Source: Psammoneis japonica (lineage: Eukaryota). From it: DNA of 64,000 bases. Below, piece by piece: positions 37,657 through 49,150 of the stretch; position 1 is the stretch's first letter; every line of letters begins with the position of its first letter. The translations under genes and the position numbers were made by a program. Where the stretch lies: positions 1 through 64,000 of the forward strand of contig QPGO01000044.1 in NCBI GenBank assembly GCA_008632985.1, written 5' to 3'. The notes beneath the pieces were generated by a model, which worked only from the letters and a program-made list of their open reading frames with translations, ran no database searches and was not told the DNA's origin.

Positions 37657-40600
37657 ATGATGAAGAGCTATGATGCTGAAGCAAGCCCCATCATCGAACG
37701 TGGCAAGAGTCATGAACGATTTGTGTCATCGACAGCAACAGCCAATGAAGAGCTTCGTAGCAAGTGCAACGATGCCTTTCGACTACTTTCTAAGTATGTG
37801 CTGCTTGGTTGTAATGTGGGTGCCTGGTACTACACAAATGGTATGAATGGCATAGCCATGCAGTCCTTTGCGGCGGCTCAAATGGGAGACCATGATTCTA
37901 TAGCCCTAGTGAACTATGTGGCAGTGACATCCATTGTGACCGCCGCACAATTGGGGCTGGGTGCGATTCTTGGATTGATAATCATTTGGCTTATGCAACG
38001 ACTGCAATGCTGGGAGAGGCCAAAAAGTTCGTATCAACCTGCTGATAACGAATCTGCACTATCCTTGCTCTCTTTACTGCACAGTTGTGGTTCTCTTTTT
38101 ACCAACTTGGGCTTTATGTTTGGTTCGGCGTCACTCGTACAAATCTTGAAGCTTCTGGAGCCTTTTGAAACGCTAGTTTTTAGTCGAATATTGCTGCCGC
38201 AAGAGACATCAATCTCTTTTGGACTTGTTGGTAGCATGGCATTGATTGTTGGTGGAGCTATCTCCCTGATCACTACGAGGCCGAGTTCTCCACAAAGTCT
38301 TTCAATGTTGTTTGCCGTACTTTCCGGTTTGAGTCTCTCCCTACGAAACGTACTGCAAAGAAAAAAGCATGTATCTGAAGCAAAGACCACGGGCTCTTCA
38401 AACACCGGCAAAGTGCAGCGGGCAGTGCACCATTTTTGTCGAATCTCGCGGGAATCATTTGCATTCATGGCGGTCTTTGCCTTTGTGTGGAATGGGTTCT
38501 TGGCCTTTGCGTCCAAGCAATTCAGAACAAGCCTTTATGGCCTTTTGAAAATCTATTGGGGTTTTCTGATGTGGCATCCCACTTACAATGCCTTTTCTAT
38601 GATTGTCTTGGGATACTGTTCGGCTCTCACACATTCCTTATTGAATGTTGGGAAGCGCGTCTCGGCTATAGTTATGGCCATTGTTTGGTTCCATGAAAAT
38701 GTAGGACTTTCCATGGTGTATGGACTTGCTGCGGTTGCCGTTGGTGGCTGCTGGTATGCCATGGAGTCCAAGAAGCCCAAACAGAATTGCAACTTTACAC
38801 CGCAACACCACAATTGGCACAAGATTGTGATTTTATTCACAATTCAAGTTTTGGTCTTGATTCGCGTGTTCATTTCAACCGGAAAAAGCATGGGAGTAGC
38901 TGAAAAACCCCTCCACCTGTTGAGAACAAATGCAAAAACCCGTTGGACGAGAAACAACGTGTCCTTCTTTCACGAGAAGGATGTGTCTTACAATTGCACT
39001 GTGAGATTCAAAGACCCTGAAATGTCCCTCTGCTACTTTGTTCCGTACGGCATGAACTTTGGTGACACGTTGGGACCGGCGGTCATCCAGAAACTGCTGG
39101 AAAACCATTTCGGATGTTCCGCTCAGAATGTTTCCCTTCTCGACTTGGCCCATGGGGGTCAAAAACAGCGAAAGGATCGCACGTGCCTCTTTGCATTGGG
39201 ATCTATTTTTCACTACGTTAAAACAGGTGATCACATTTGGGGAACAGGTATAAATCCAATGTGGCAAAAGCAATATCCAAAATCTGTAACTACTTACTCG
39301 GTTCGTGGTCCAAGAACAGAGGCCTTAGCTCGAGAGCATTTGAACATTTCCGAGAGCACTAGCATTGATAATGGCGATCCTGGTAAGATCTACTGGAATA
39401 CAAAAGTATTGCAATGTATATACCAGTATCTGTGATATCTTCTCTTATAAAAGTTCTTTGTCTGACGCGATTAACAGGATTTCTTATTCCATTCTTGTAC
39501 AAAGAATACAAACGCAAGAATGCAACAGAGTCTTCGGCAAATCACGTGTGCTTCGTTCCTCATTATCAAGACAAAAAAGAAAGAGCGGTTTTGTCTCCTG
39601 GAAACGTTCAAATTATTTCGGTCCAACAAGACTGGCGTTCGGTTTTGTCGCTCATTAGAGAGTGCGATTTTGTGGCTTCGTCGTCTCTTCATGGGATAGT
39701 TATTGCCGACGCTTTAGGAATCCCTACCATGTGGTTCCAATTCTCAGGGTCAAAAACCGCAACCACAGAAGGTTATTTCAAGTATCGCGATTACTTCGAG
39801 AGTGTCAATAGATCCGTGTCAAAACCTGAGAGCTATTTTTCGCACATTTTAAAGGCTGATCGCTATCAACCTGTTATTCCACTTCCGAAACGAAAGTTGA
39901 TTGCAAAGCGGACTGCAGAGTCCTTTCCAATGCATTTGTTTGAATCGATTCCTTGGCATTCTCATGAATCTGTTTCAGTGCACTTGCCTGGGTCGATGTC
40001 AGCGGATTCTACTCCATCAAATATTGATGCCAATCGGACGCTGGTTGTGATTTTAGGTAATTTGCGAGGAGGAGAATTGGCATGGCAAACCTTATACAAG
40101 CACGTGCTGGACAAAAACAGTGCCGATTTGGCGCTGTCGATCGGTGAAGTGCCGCCCGAGCAACGAAACTCTTCATTGTACGCAAGAGCCAAGTATCTCT
40201 GGGAATTTCCGGAATATGATGATTGGGCTGATGCCATTGATTTGATCAATGGAACAAAATGGCGCGATGAGCTACTCCCGCACATCAACCCAAGATCGTA
40301 AGTGTGTGAAATATTTGTTTTTCTAGCGAATGAAATGACTTGCCATTAAAAGTTCTTGGATCAAGATATTCTTACAAGACCTTGCTTCTCTTGTTCTGGT
40401 ATTTTGCCCAGGGGTCTCTTTGGAGGAGCCAATGGTCTCCGTGGCAGCGGTGCGGTAATTTTTATGGCACGCTGGTTCCTCTCAGAGCAGATTAAAAAGC
40501 TTGGTCTCCTTGAGAAGTATGATCGATTTGTTGTGACCCGGTCAGATCACTACTACGAGTGTGCACATGACCTAGGCACACTAGATCCAACCTTTATGTG

Positions 40601-40994
40601 GACCCCGACGTTGAGTGATTTTGGAGGAGTGACTGACCGACATTTGGTCTGCAACAATCGTCAGATTCTTAGGGCTTTGGATATTTTTCCACACATGATA
40701 GAGCACCCAGAGCTTTATATTGCGGACTTGGAAACTAGAAAGACTAATCCCGAGAGGCTAATTTTGAAACGTTGGGAGATGGAGAATCTTGCACCCGAGT
40801 TGAAAAGGTTTGGTCGCACGTTTTTTACGTGCGCAGGTGAAGGTGATCAGACACGATGGCAAAAACCGTCAAATTACACGGTCGAGGAAGGCGTTCATCT
40901 CAAGTATGTGATTGAATATGAAGCAGCAAAATGTACCTGCAAAGGGGGTGTCGCCAAAAAAGTTGCTCATGAAACCGTGTCATGCACAAAATAA
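37657..40994 (+). CDS. Fusion protein: TPT/SLC35E-like transporter + polysaccharide pyruvyltransferase + unknown GT-like domain; introns 39383-39477 and 40298-40411
   Basis: TPT-like: SLVQILKLLEPFETL, SLRNVLQRK, SALTHSLLNVGKR. Pyruvyltransferase: NFGDTLGP, IWGTG, SVRGPRT, GDP|GFL across intron 1, VPHYQD, SSSLHGIVIADALGIP, FKYRDYF. The third domain follows in the same exon without a stop. Confidence 0.88.
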
Positions 40995-41464
40995 TGCCAT
41001 ACTTAGTCGCACCTTTGTCACCAATCCCATGCTCACAGTGTCTACTCATGGCCATTACAGGTGACGCGCTGTAGTCTACGTCATGTTCGATGCAGACTGC
41101 ACCAGTCTTTTTGAGTTAGGCTAGGCCATCTAAGAGAGGGCCCTTGCTTTACGGCACTAGAGTGCTTCTTGCTTGCTCACTTTACTGTAACCTTATTTTC
41201 AATTTTGCTCTTCATTCATTTCTACTCGGAGTAGTCGTATCTTCATTACACCCAAAGCATTCACCCCCAAATCTGATAAAGAGTCAACAAACCGCTTACT
41301 AAAATTGGAAGCAACCTGGGCTGCCGTAGATTTTGTACCGTGAGTTTGCGAGGTTGAGCAGAGGCCGTAAAACAAACAGCTCTTGCTCGACACCGCCTTC
41401 TTCTTGTTGTCGTTGTTGCTGAACAGCGGGTTGATTGTTAAACAGTAAAAACAAAAATCACAAT

Positions 41465-41815
41465 ATGCAAGAGATTGCCGCATTAATGCTGTGTAAATTG
41501 GGAGGCAAGGGTGGATCAGCCGACGAATGCAAGGCTGTTATTGAAGCTGCCGGTTTGGAAGCCAATGAGGAACAATTGACGAAGTTGCTGGGCGATGTGG
41601 AGGGAAAAGATATTAATGAGTTGTTGGCTGCTGGTATGGAGAAGCTCAAGGATGTGCCCATGGGTGGTGGAGGCGGCGGCGGCGGAGGAGGAGGAGGCGG
41701 TGGTGCTGCTGGTGGCGCTGCCGAGGAAGAAGAGGAGAAGGTTGAGGAAGAGGAAGAAGCGGACATTGGAGGGGGGATGGATATGTTTGGCGGAGATGAT
41801 GGCGGAGACTACTAG
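41465..41815 (+). CDS. RPLP2: 60S acidic ribosomal protein P2
   Basis: AALMLCKLGG...VEGKDINELLAAGMEKL, Gly/Ala hinge, acidic tail ending GGGMDMFGGDDGGDY. Confidence 0.93.
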   Translation: MQEIAALMLCKLGGKGGSADECKAVIEAAGLEANEEQLTKLLGDVEGKDINELLAAGMEKLKDVPMGGGGGGGGGGGGGGAAGGAAEEEEEKVEEEEEADIGGGMDMFGGDDGGDY

Positions 41816-42049
41816 AAAACAAATCGAACGGCATTGTTTACATGATATCCACTAATTCTGCATAGTTGTGCCGAGCGTCACCCACATGAGGGGCGCTCGA
41901 ACTACTGCGTTCTGAGGGTCTTGTAGTCTTTGTACTTTCTTTTCATAGCTTGTTGTGATCGTTTCTTTTGAGATGGTTGATTTGCTTTGTAGAGCTTTAG
42001 GTTTGAGATATTATGATGCAACAGAGGAGAAGATTTCAAATGCAAATAA

Positions 42050-45000
42050 TGGTTACAGTGCTCACCTGTGGTCCTTTCGCGCGCCGCCTGTGCAGCGCTG
42101 AGCACGCAGGCAGTAAGCAAGGCAAGCAAGTGAGAGACCGAGAAGCGTCTGTCGTTGCTCACACTCCAATTGCTGCACGAAGGTGCAGCATTTTTCAAAA
42201 CGCGCTTTGTTCTGGTTTAAAGGATGGATCTCCGTGCTGCGGTCTGTTTTTTTTTTCAATCGTCCAGCTACGTAGGCAGCTCTTTATAAACTGTGTAGAA
42301 AATGCACCAGGGTTTGTGTAGAATTTGATGATGACACAATTCCATTTTGATGGCGACAAGTGGAAACACACATGGTTTTCCTGCACAAATTTGACAGTGA
42401 CGCCACAGACGGAATCATTGTCAACGTGCCAATCACTGCATCATTTCAGGTGTTTTGATCACAGGAAATTCCTTGTTTGTTGCTGAATTTCCCTGGACAA
42501 GGAAAGACAAGGAAACAAGAAAAGGAAAAATTGAGCAGTGGTTCAATGCGCAGTTGCAACCGTCATGATCCTTTCATCAAGTTGCCCGCAGACTTGGGTG
42601 GCCATGGGTGTGGGAGGAGGAAAATTGGTGTTTGGGAGTTGGGCGGTTGTGTTGCAGGGGGCAAGATGGGGTGAGCGGGTGGGTGGGTGGGTGGGTGCAT
42701 GGTCGGTGAGAAGGAATGCCCAGAAACATGGGTGACGATTGTTGATCAGTGGTGTCACAGGAGACGGTTGCAGGGCAATGGCAATGTGTCAGTTAAAGCA
42801 ATGAAAGGGGGGAGAAAAAAGAAAATGTGTGCTGCACGTTAAAGTGACAGTGCAGTTGGCAAACAAAAGAAACAAAGGGGGGGGGGAACATTGGGAAAGG
42901 GGATGTTCAAACAGGAACCGTGCAGAAAAGACATTGGGAATGTCGCAGACATGTTCATTTTCACAGTGGAAGAGCACTGTTGCAAAAGTGCTTGAGGGTG
43001 GAGGTGTCACAATGAACAATGTGCCCATGCAAGCAATCGTGACAATGATGGAGGGAAGTTTGGAGTGTTTCAAAAGCAAAGCACTGGAGTGTTTCTAAAA
43101 CAAAGTGGCGGCAGTGTTTCTGATGACGATGTGATGGAAAACAACAGGAATGGATGAAACAAGGGAGAGAAGGACAAGAAGAGAGGAAGGGAGGAAAGAA
43201 AGAATGATGAAAAAATTGGGAGATTGAAAAAGGGGCAAAAGAGAGAGAGAGAGCAGGAAGAAAGGAAGGCAGTCCGATCAGCTCCGATTCCGGTGGTGCC
43301 CATTTTGCCATGTCCTGTTCAGAATGATGCGGCATCATTGCATGATGCATGGAGTTCAAACATTTGCAGAAGGATGGAACAAGCCTGTTGTGTTTGGAGT
43401 GCAGTCAGTTTTGCTTGTGTTTGATTCAAAGCAAATGTCAAAACATGCCAGAGCAAAATTCAAGATGCGTCAACATTGGCAAGAGGTGGCTTCAAAGAGG
43501 AAGAAGTTGAGAACTGAAGTGCAAATAAAGAGAATGGAAAGTGCGTTCAAGAAAGGAATTGATGTGAAGAATGTGACAGTGGACAGTGCTGAAAAAGGCA
43601 AAGGAAAAACTTGGAAATGCAGGAAGTGTTTTGCAAAGCAGCCGCATGGTGTGACGGACTGAAGTTGTGTTGGATGTGTGTGATGGTGCAAAGGTGGAAT
43701 GCAAGGCAGAAGCAAGGAGGAAAGTGGACACATTTGATTTTGTTGATGACAATGAAGGAGAAGACAATGACACGTGGCTGCCAGAGGATGATGCAAAGGA
43801 AATTGAAAGGAAGAAGATTGTTGAACAAAAAAGGATCGAAAAAGAAAGCCGTGGAAAAGGGAAAGGAAAGAAAAAGAAATGGGTTGATGCAGAGGTTGCC
43901 AATGAGATTTGGTGGGAAAGCACAGCAAATGTAGAAGAGACACTTGCCAAGGAAAGAATTGGTGGCTCAGAAGAAGCACACAAATGGGGATTGGCAGTCT
44001 TTGTCCCCAAGATTCTTGTTTTAAGGATGGATCCACATGCTGCGGTCTGTTTTTTGGGAGCTCATGATTTTTATAAAAATGACCCTGGTTCATCACACCA
44101 AACATGTGCATTTGCCATTGGCAAAGTTTGTCCACTTCAAAGCATCATGGATTGCACAGACAATGGTCATGACTGTGCACAACTTTTACATTGTCAACTG
44201 CAGACATGTCCATGGCCAGTCAAATGCTGCCCATCGGATGTTCCCAGAAAGCTGCAGCCTGTCTCCCACAAGAAGCCCGATTTTGGCAATGACTGGCTTC
44301 TCTTTCAACCTGACAACAGGGCACAGGTCAACAAGTGGCACCTGAATCTTTGAATGTGCAGCTCTCATGCAGGTGTGACAGCCCTGAGAAGGGCTTGACA
44401 AACACACAAGTGCTTGGGGGTTCTCCAAAGCAGGTCAAAACAACATGACAAAGTGCAGAAATGCAAGCCATTTTAAATTAGACCGCAGCATGTAAATCCA
44501 TCCTCAACGCTGGATTGGCAAGCTTGCAATTTTTTGGAAAAAAAAAAACAGGATGGATCTGCGAGCTTGCAATTTTTTGAAAAAAGTCAGACACTCTGAA
44601 TGCACACACGTTTGCGAAAAAAAAATTCAGCAACAGGTCCAACTTTGTCCTTTTGTCAGACATCACAGAGTGCACAAGCAACAGTTGTGACCATGCATGA
44701 TCTTTGTCTTTAGCATGACTGCTGCAGACATGTCTGCAGCCAGCCACACGCCAATTGTTGGCATTTTCTGGAAAGTTCTTGTGGCTCATCTCCCCCAAGC
44801 AGTGCTTTTTGGCAAAAAATGGTGGTTTGTCAACAACTGCACCAAAACTGACAATTGGTGTTTGAAAGTTGAAATGTGTGGTTCACACACAGGTCTAGCA
44901 ATGGCCCTGATGGAGGCTGGATGCACTCACAAGTGTTTGCAAAACAACATGGGCAAAGTGCAGGAAAACAGGAAGAAATGTGAGCCAATTGAAAAATGCC

Positions 45001-48000
45001 TCTGCTTGACAATCTGTCATTGACTTTGCAAAGCTTTTCATTTTTTGCAACATGCAGCACACCTGATTTATGATGCAAGAACACCACAACTCATGAAATG
45101 TTCTCAGAGGAGCCCGGTTGCACATCTGACTTTAAAAAAAAAAAAAGCAGCCCGAGTTTTCAAGTGCTGTCAGCGCTTTTGCCCAGCAATGCTGACACCA
45201 GCTGACCCACACTTCCAGCACACTAAAACAGTGTGGCATGAGCAAGTGTGGTTGGCCAGAGTCAGCACCACCAGCAGGTGGCACCCAATGAAAGCAGCTG
45301 AGCATGGCACAGGTGTGGTGAAGCAACAGAAGTGCTTTGATTTCTTGGGATGTGTTCCAGCTGCACGTGAACCAAAGCACATGAAAATGACATTTGCACA
45401 ATTTTTGTGTGGCCTCTGACTGGCAAATGAGCTTTCACAACCAAAAGCACAGCTTTGTCTAAATTTTGATGTTTTGCAACACTGGCAAGACTCGTGTCAG
45501 TGTCACAGTGACATTGTTTTTGTGCAGTCAATTTTTTTCCATTGTGGCAGATGAGTTGTGATGCAACAGATGATTTTGCCACAATTTTTGAAGATTTGTG
45601 TGCCATTGCTGTTTGGAGGCTTGCAGCAGTGGTCTGCTTGCACACAATTCTCTGCAATGTGTGCACTTGCACACACAGTTGGTGTTGTTTCTGCAGAAAA
45701 ATTTTGTGACACATGCCCCGTGAAGACTTGAGCACTGATGAAAAAAGTGCTCAAATGTTCACACTCTGATCAAATGTAAAAGCCAGAGTGCACATGCATT
45801 TTCAATGAACAGCCTCAACACACAAAGCTCACACAAATTGTGCTCAAAAGGGAGTGTTGTTTTGTGCACTGCCTGGGGCTGGAGCATGTCTTGGGGCTGT
45901 TGCGCAATCCAGGCTTGACCACAACAACCCAATTCACAAGCCTCTTCATTGAGTGCTGCTTGCCCTCTGCCAAAGAATCCATCCAGCCAAACATTGTGGT
46001 CTTTTGCCAGATGTTTCTGTTGCTTTTGCTGAGCAGATTGCCTGGATTCCACATTGTGTCCACGAAAAGTCTTGTTGCGGGGTTTTCACCAAGCACTCCA
46101 AATGCACGGGCCAATTGGAGCTGACCAATCAGGGAAGGTCTCATTGTTTTCTTGATGTTGCCAGAGAATGCCCACCCCCTTTGCACAAGCCCATTGTGCT
46201 TTGTTCCAATTGTTGGAAAGTGCTGGCCACTGAAAATGTGGTGCCAACCAGTGGCTGACTGACAGAAGAACAGCTCACAAAGATGGGGGTCATCCTCATT
46301 TGTGCACAGGATCTCTTGCTTGAACCAAGACTCAATGGACAGGAATGAGAAGTCCCGCAATTGAGGCATTGTTTCAAGCTTGTCACAATGCTTGCACAAG
46401 CAATGTTTGTGCCTGGACATTCAATCAATGCTGGTGCATTGTGCACTCACCAACTTGCAACATGTGAAAAATGTGTGTGCTCCATGTGCAAAAACTGTTC
46501 AATGTGAAGAACCTGTGTGCAGTTGTGTGCCTTCCGACATGAGTGTTTGGCTTTTCAAGTTTGCAAAACTTGTCAAAATGCAATGACGATGGAGACCGCA
46601 AATGCAGCACACTCCATCAACAACCCAAACTCACCATGACACTGGCATGTGATGACAGCTTGAAATTGGTTTCACATGTGTGCACCTCACTGTGCTTTGA
46701 AATTGATTGATGGCAGCAAAAACAGCTGAAATGTTCAATTTTTTGTCAACCACATTTGTGAGTGCTGTTTGAACTGATCATTTGATTGCTGAAATTGCAA
46801 TGAAGACAATCAACAATGGCACACTCAATGCAAACTTGCACACCACCAATTGTGATCATGTTTGAATGTCAAAGCAGTTAAAATTCAGAAGCATTGGAAG
46901 GAGCATCATGTGTTGAGTGTCAAGAGAGAGGTTTGAAATTTTTGCAACAGCAGTCTTCCTGAGGACCTGTTGCACAACACGATTGGAGCAACACAGGCAG
47001 TCAACACAACACATTACAACCGGCAAATGCAATGGCAAGGAAGAAGGCGAGGAAGGAGAGGATGTTGGCAGAAGATGCCCCAAACAGCCCAAGGCCAACA
47101 GCAGTGTTGCAGCAGGTGGGAGCTGCTGGAGATCACCAATCTCTGAAGAGAGAGGTGGAAGAGGTGGCACAGAAAGAGCTCTTCCCAAAAGCAAAATTCC
47201 TGGTGAAGGCAGACATGGAGAGTGGTGGCAAGGTGTCATGGCCAATGCAGAAAAACATGGCCAATGGCAAGTTCAGCAAACAAGACTGGGCAGGATTGTG
47301 GGAAGACTGGGCAAAGAAGTGCATCCTTGATGCAATCAATGCAAAAAGGAACATCATGACCCAGATGACAATGAAGAGTGCAACAAGTGGCAAGTGCTGT
47401 GGGTTGCATTTCCAAGAGGGCATTGTGTGTGGTGCTGCCAACAAGACTCTCGTTTTTCTGCAGTTGTGATGACAGAAGAACAAGCCAAGAAAATCCATGA
47501 GAGAAAGAAACCTGCAAAGAGAGCAAGAACTAAAAACAAAAAAGGAGCAAAAAGACCCAAGCAGACATTGAAGAACAGTTCCTGGCAACTTGGGAAGATG
47601 AGACAGTGGACACCATTGTGAGTGAGAAGCGGAAGAACAAGGAGGCATGTGCCTGGTTCTGCGACAACATTCTAAAATTCATGAAGAGCACTGCAATGTG
47701 GAGAAGGATGGTGGAGTCCAACAACACAAAGGCTGCAGAGCCAACTGTGGCAAGCAACAAGGCACTGGCACTGTTGGTGTTGGAGAAAACTGCTGGAAGG
47801 TTTGGGAGCATAAATCCATGCAAGAAGGAAAGGACAAAGGGAGCGAAGAGGAGGAGAAGGAAACAAAACCAGTGCCCTTGCACACAGACCCATTGCAACA
47901 ACATGACTCTTGGAAGGATGAAGGAATGAAGTGATTCAATGCCCTGCTTGGGAAGGTGAAGGAGGACAAGGCAAGTGAGCCAGGTGTGTGCAGTGCAACA

Positions 48001-48500
48001 CATGGCACACCAACAGAAAGAAAAGGGAGAGCAAAGAAAAAGGAAAAAAGACAGAACCACTAAAAAAACAGCAGAGATGGAGACAAGAACACAAGCAATG
48101 ACAGAGCTTTCTAGCAACGATGAGGATGACAAAGACAAAATGGAAAAACTGAGCAACAGAAAGGACGAGGAAGAAGATGAAGAGAGTGAAGAAGACAACA
48201 ACACAATGAATGTGAAGCAAGTGCAGTGTGGGCCTGTTGCAAATGAAAAACGGCCGACACCACAGCATTGATTTGGCTTCATTGACAAGCCACGTGAAAC
48301 AGCAAAAGCAACAGCTCATTGTTCATGAGGAGTGCGGCACAAAGTTCATTGCACAATTCACATCAAACGCAAAAATTGCCATGTGACGTTGAAAAACAAA
48401 TGCTGTTGATTGTCAGCTTCTACAGTGAAAGAGGGCATGCACACCAACAGGACAAAGAGGAGGCTGTTCGACAGCAAATGATGATTTTTTGCAGTTAAGA
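42050..48500. repeat. Heavily decayed, unclassified TE-derived block
   Basis: TA/CG-depleted. Remnant ORF 47030-48270 (ELFPKAKF; WFCDNIL; SNKALALLVLE; acidic tail) looks like a decayed element-borne gene. A 25-bp motif is repeated at 42222, 44025 and, inverted, 44479. Confidence 0.55.
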
Positions 48501-48559
48501 TGAGGACTCCACAGCAAAATTAATTGTCTTTCACAGGCAATTGATCATTGCCAGCCACA

Positions 48560-48908
48560 CAACTGATGAGGTTTGAAACCATAAAAACAATGCCTGCAAA
48601 AGGAGTGAAAATTGCCATGACAAAGGAGGTGTCAATCACTGTCATGCACACTCTGATGCTTGACTGTTGCTTGTTTCTTGGAGAACCAATCAGCCGGAAA
48701 CTTGTTGAGGAAATGGATGATGCCCACAACAGAGTGTCCGGTGATCATGCAATGGAACAAGTTGGTGTTGACACAATGGGTCATGGTGACAAACATGCCA
48801 AGTGGCTTGGGCACATCTTGCGGGAGGAGCTCTTCTGCCTCCCCACACACAGACTGAGCCCAGTTGCACACAGGCTCAGGAAGGTCCAAACAGCTGGGTT
48901 CTTTGATG
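48560..48908 (-). mobile_element. Outer Copia element, RNase H part (continuation of 56817-61690)
   Basis: THCVNTNLFHCMITGHSVVGIIHFLNKFPADWFSKKQATV matches decayed YVDANL.H..TGRSVTG..PIDWYSKKQ.TVE. It joins the RT at 56817 across the TSD. Confidence 0.85.
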
Positions 48909-48913
48909 CACAC

Positions 48914-49150
48914 AGTCAAGATGCAGTCCTGCAGCTGGGTGGGATGGATGAGACCTCGGAGGTTGGCAGCAATGTGAGCAGCAACAGAGCAAACAGACGC
49001 TTGATTCAAAGTCGTTGTCTAAAAATTATGATGAAAGTCGTTGATTCTGTTTTGAATCGGATTGTTGTGATGAGCCAAATGTTTCAAAGAAAAGAGCTGA
49101 GTCTTGGTTGCAGTCGTGAAATGCGACCAGGATGACGTTGAGTTGTGACT
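48914..49150 (-). repeat. 3' LTR of the nested Copia (237 bp)
   Basis: Direct repeat of 56576-56811; termini AGTCA...TGACT. Confidence 0.95.

Noticed and set aside
41200..41450. Possible ncRNA upstream of RPLP2
   Set aside because: No recognisable snRNA, snoRNA or tRNA motifs; GTGAGT...AAACAG fits a 5'-UTR intron better.
43667..43970. Chromodomain-like KW...WWESTANV fragment
   Set aside because: Short match in hypermutated, low-complexity sequence; not supportable without a profile search.
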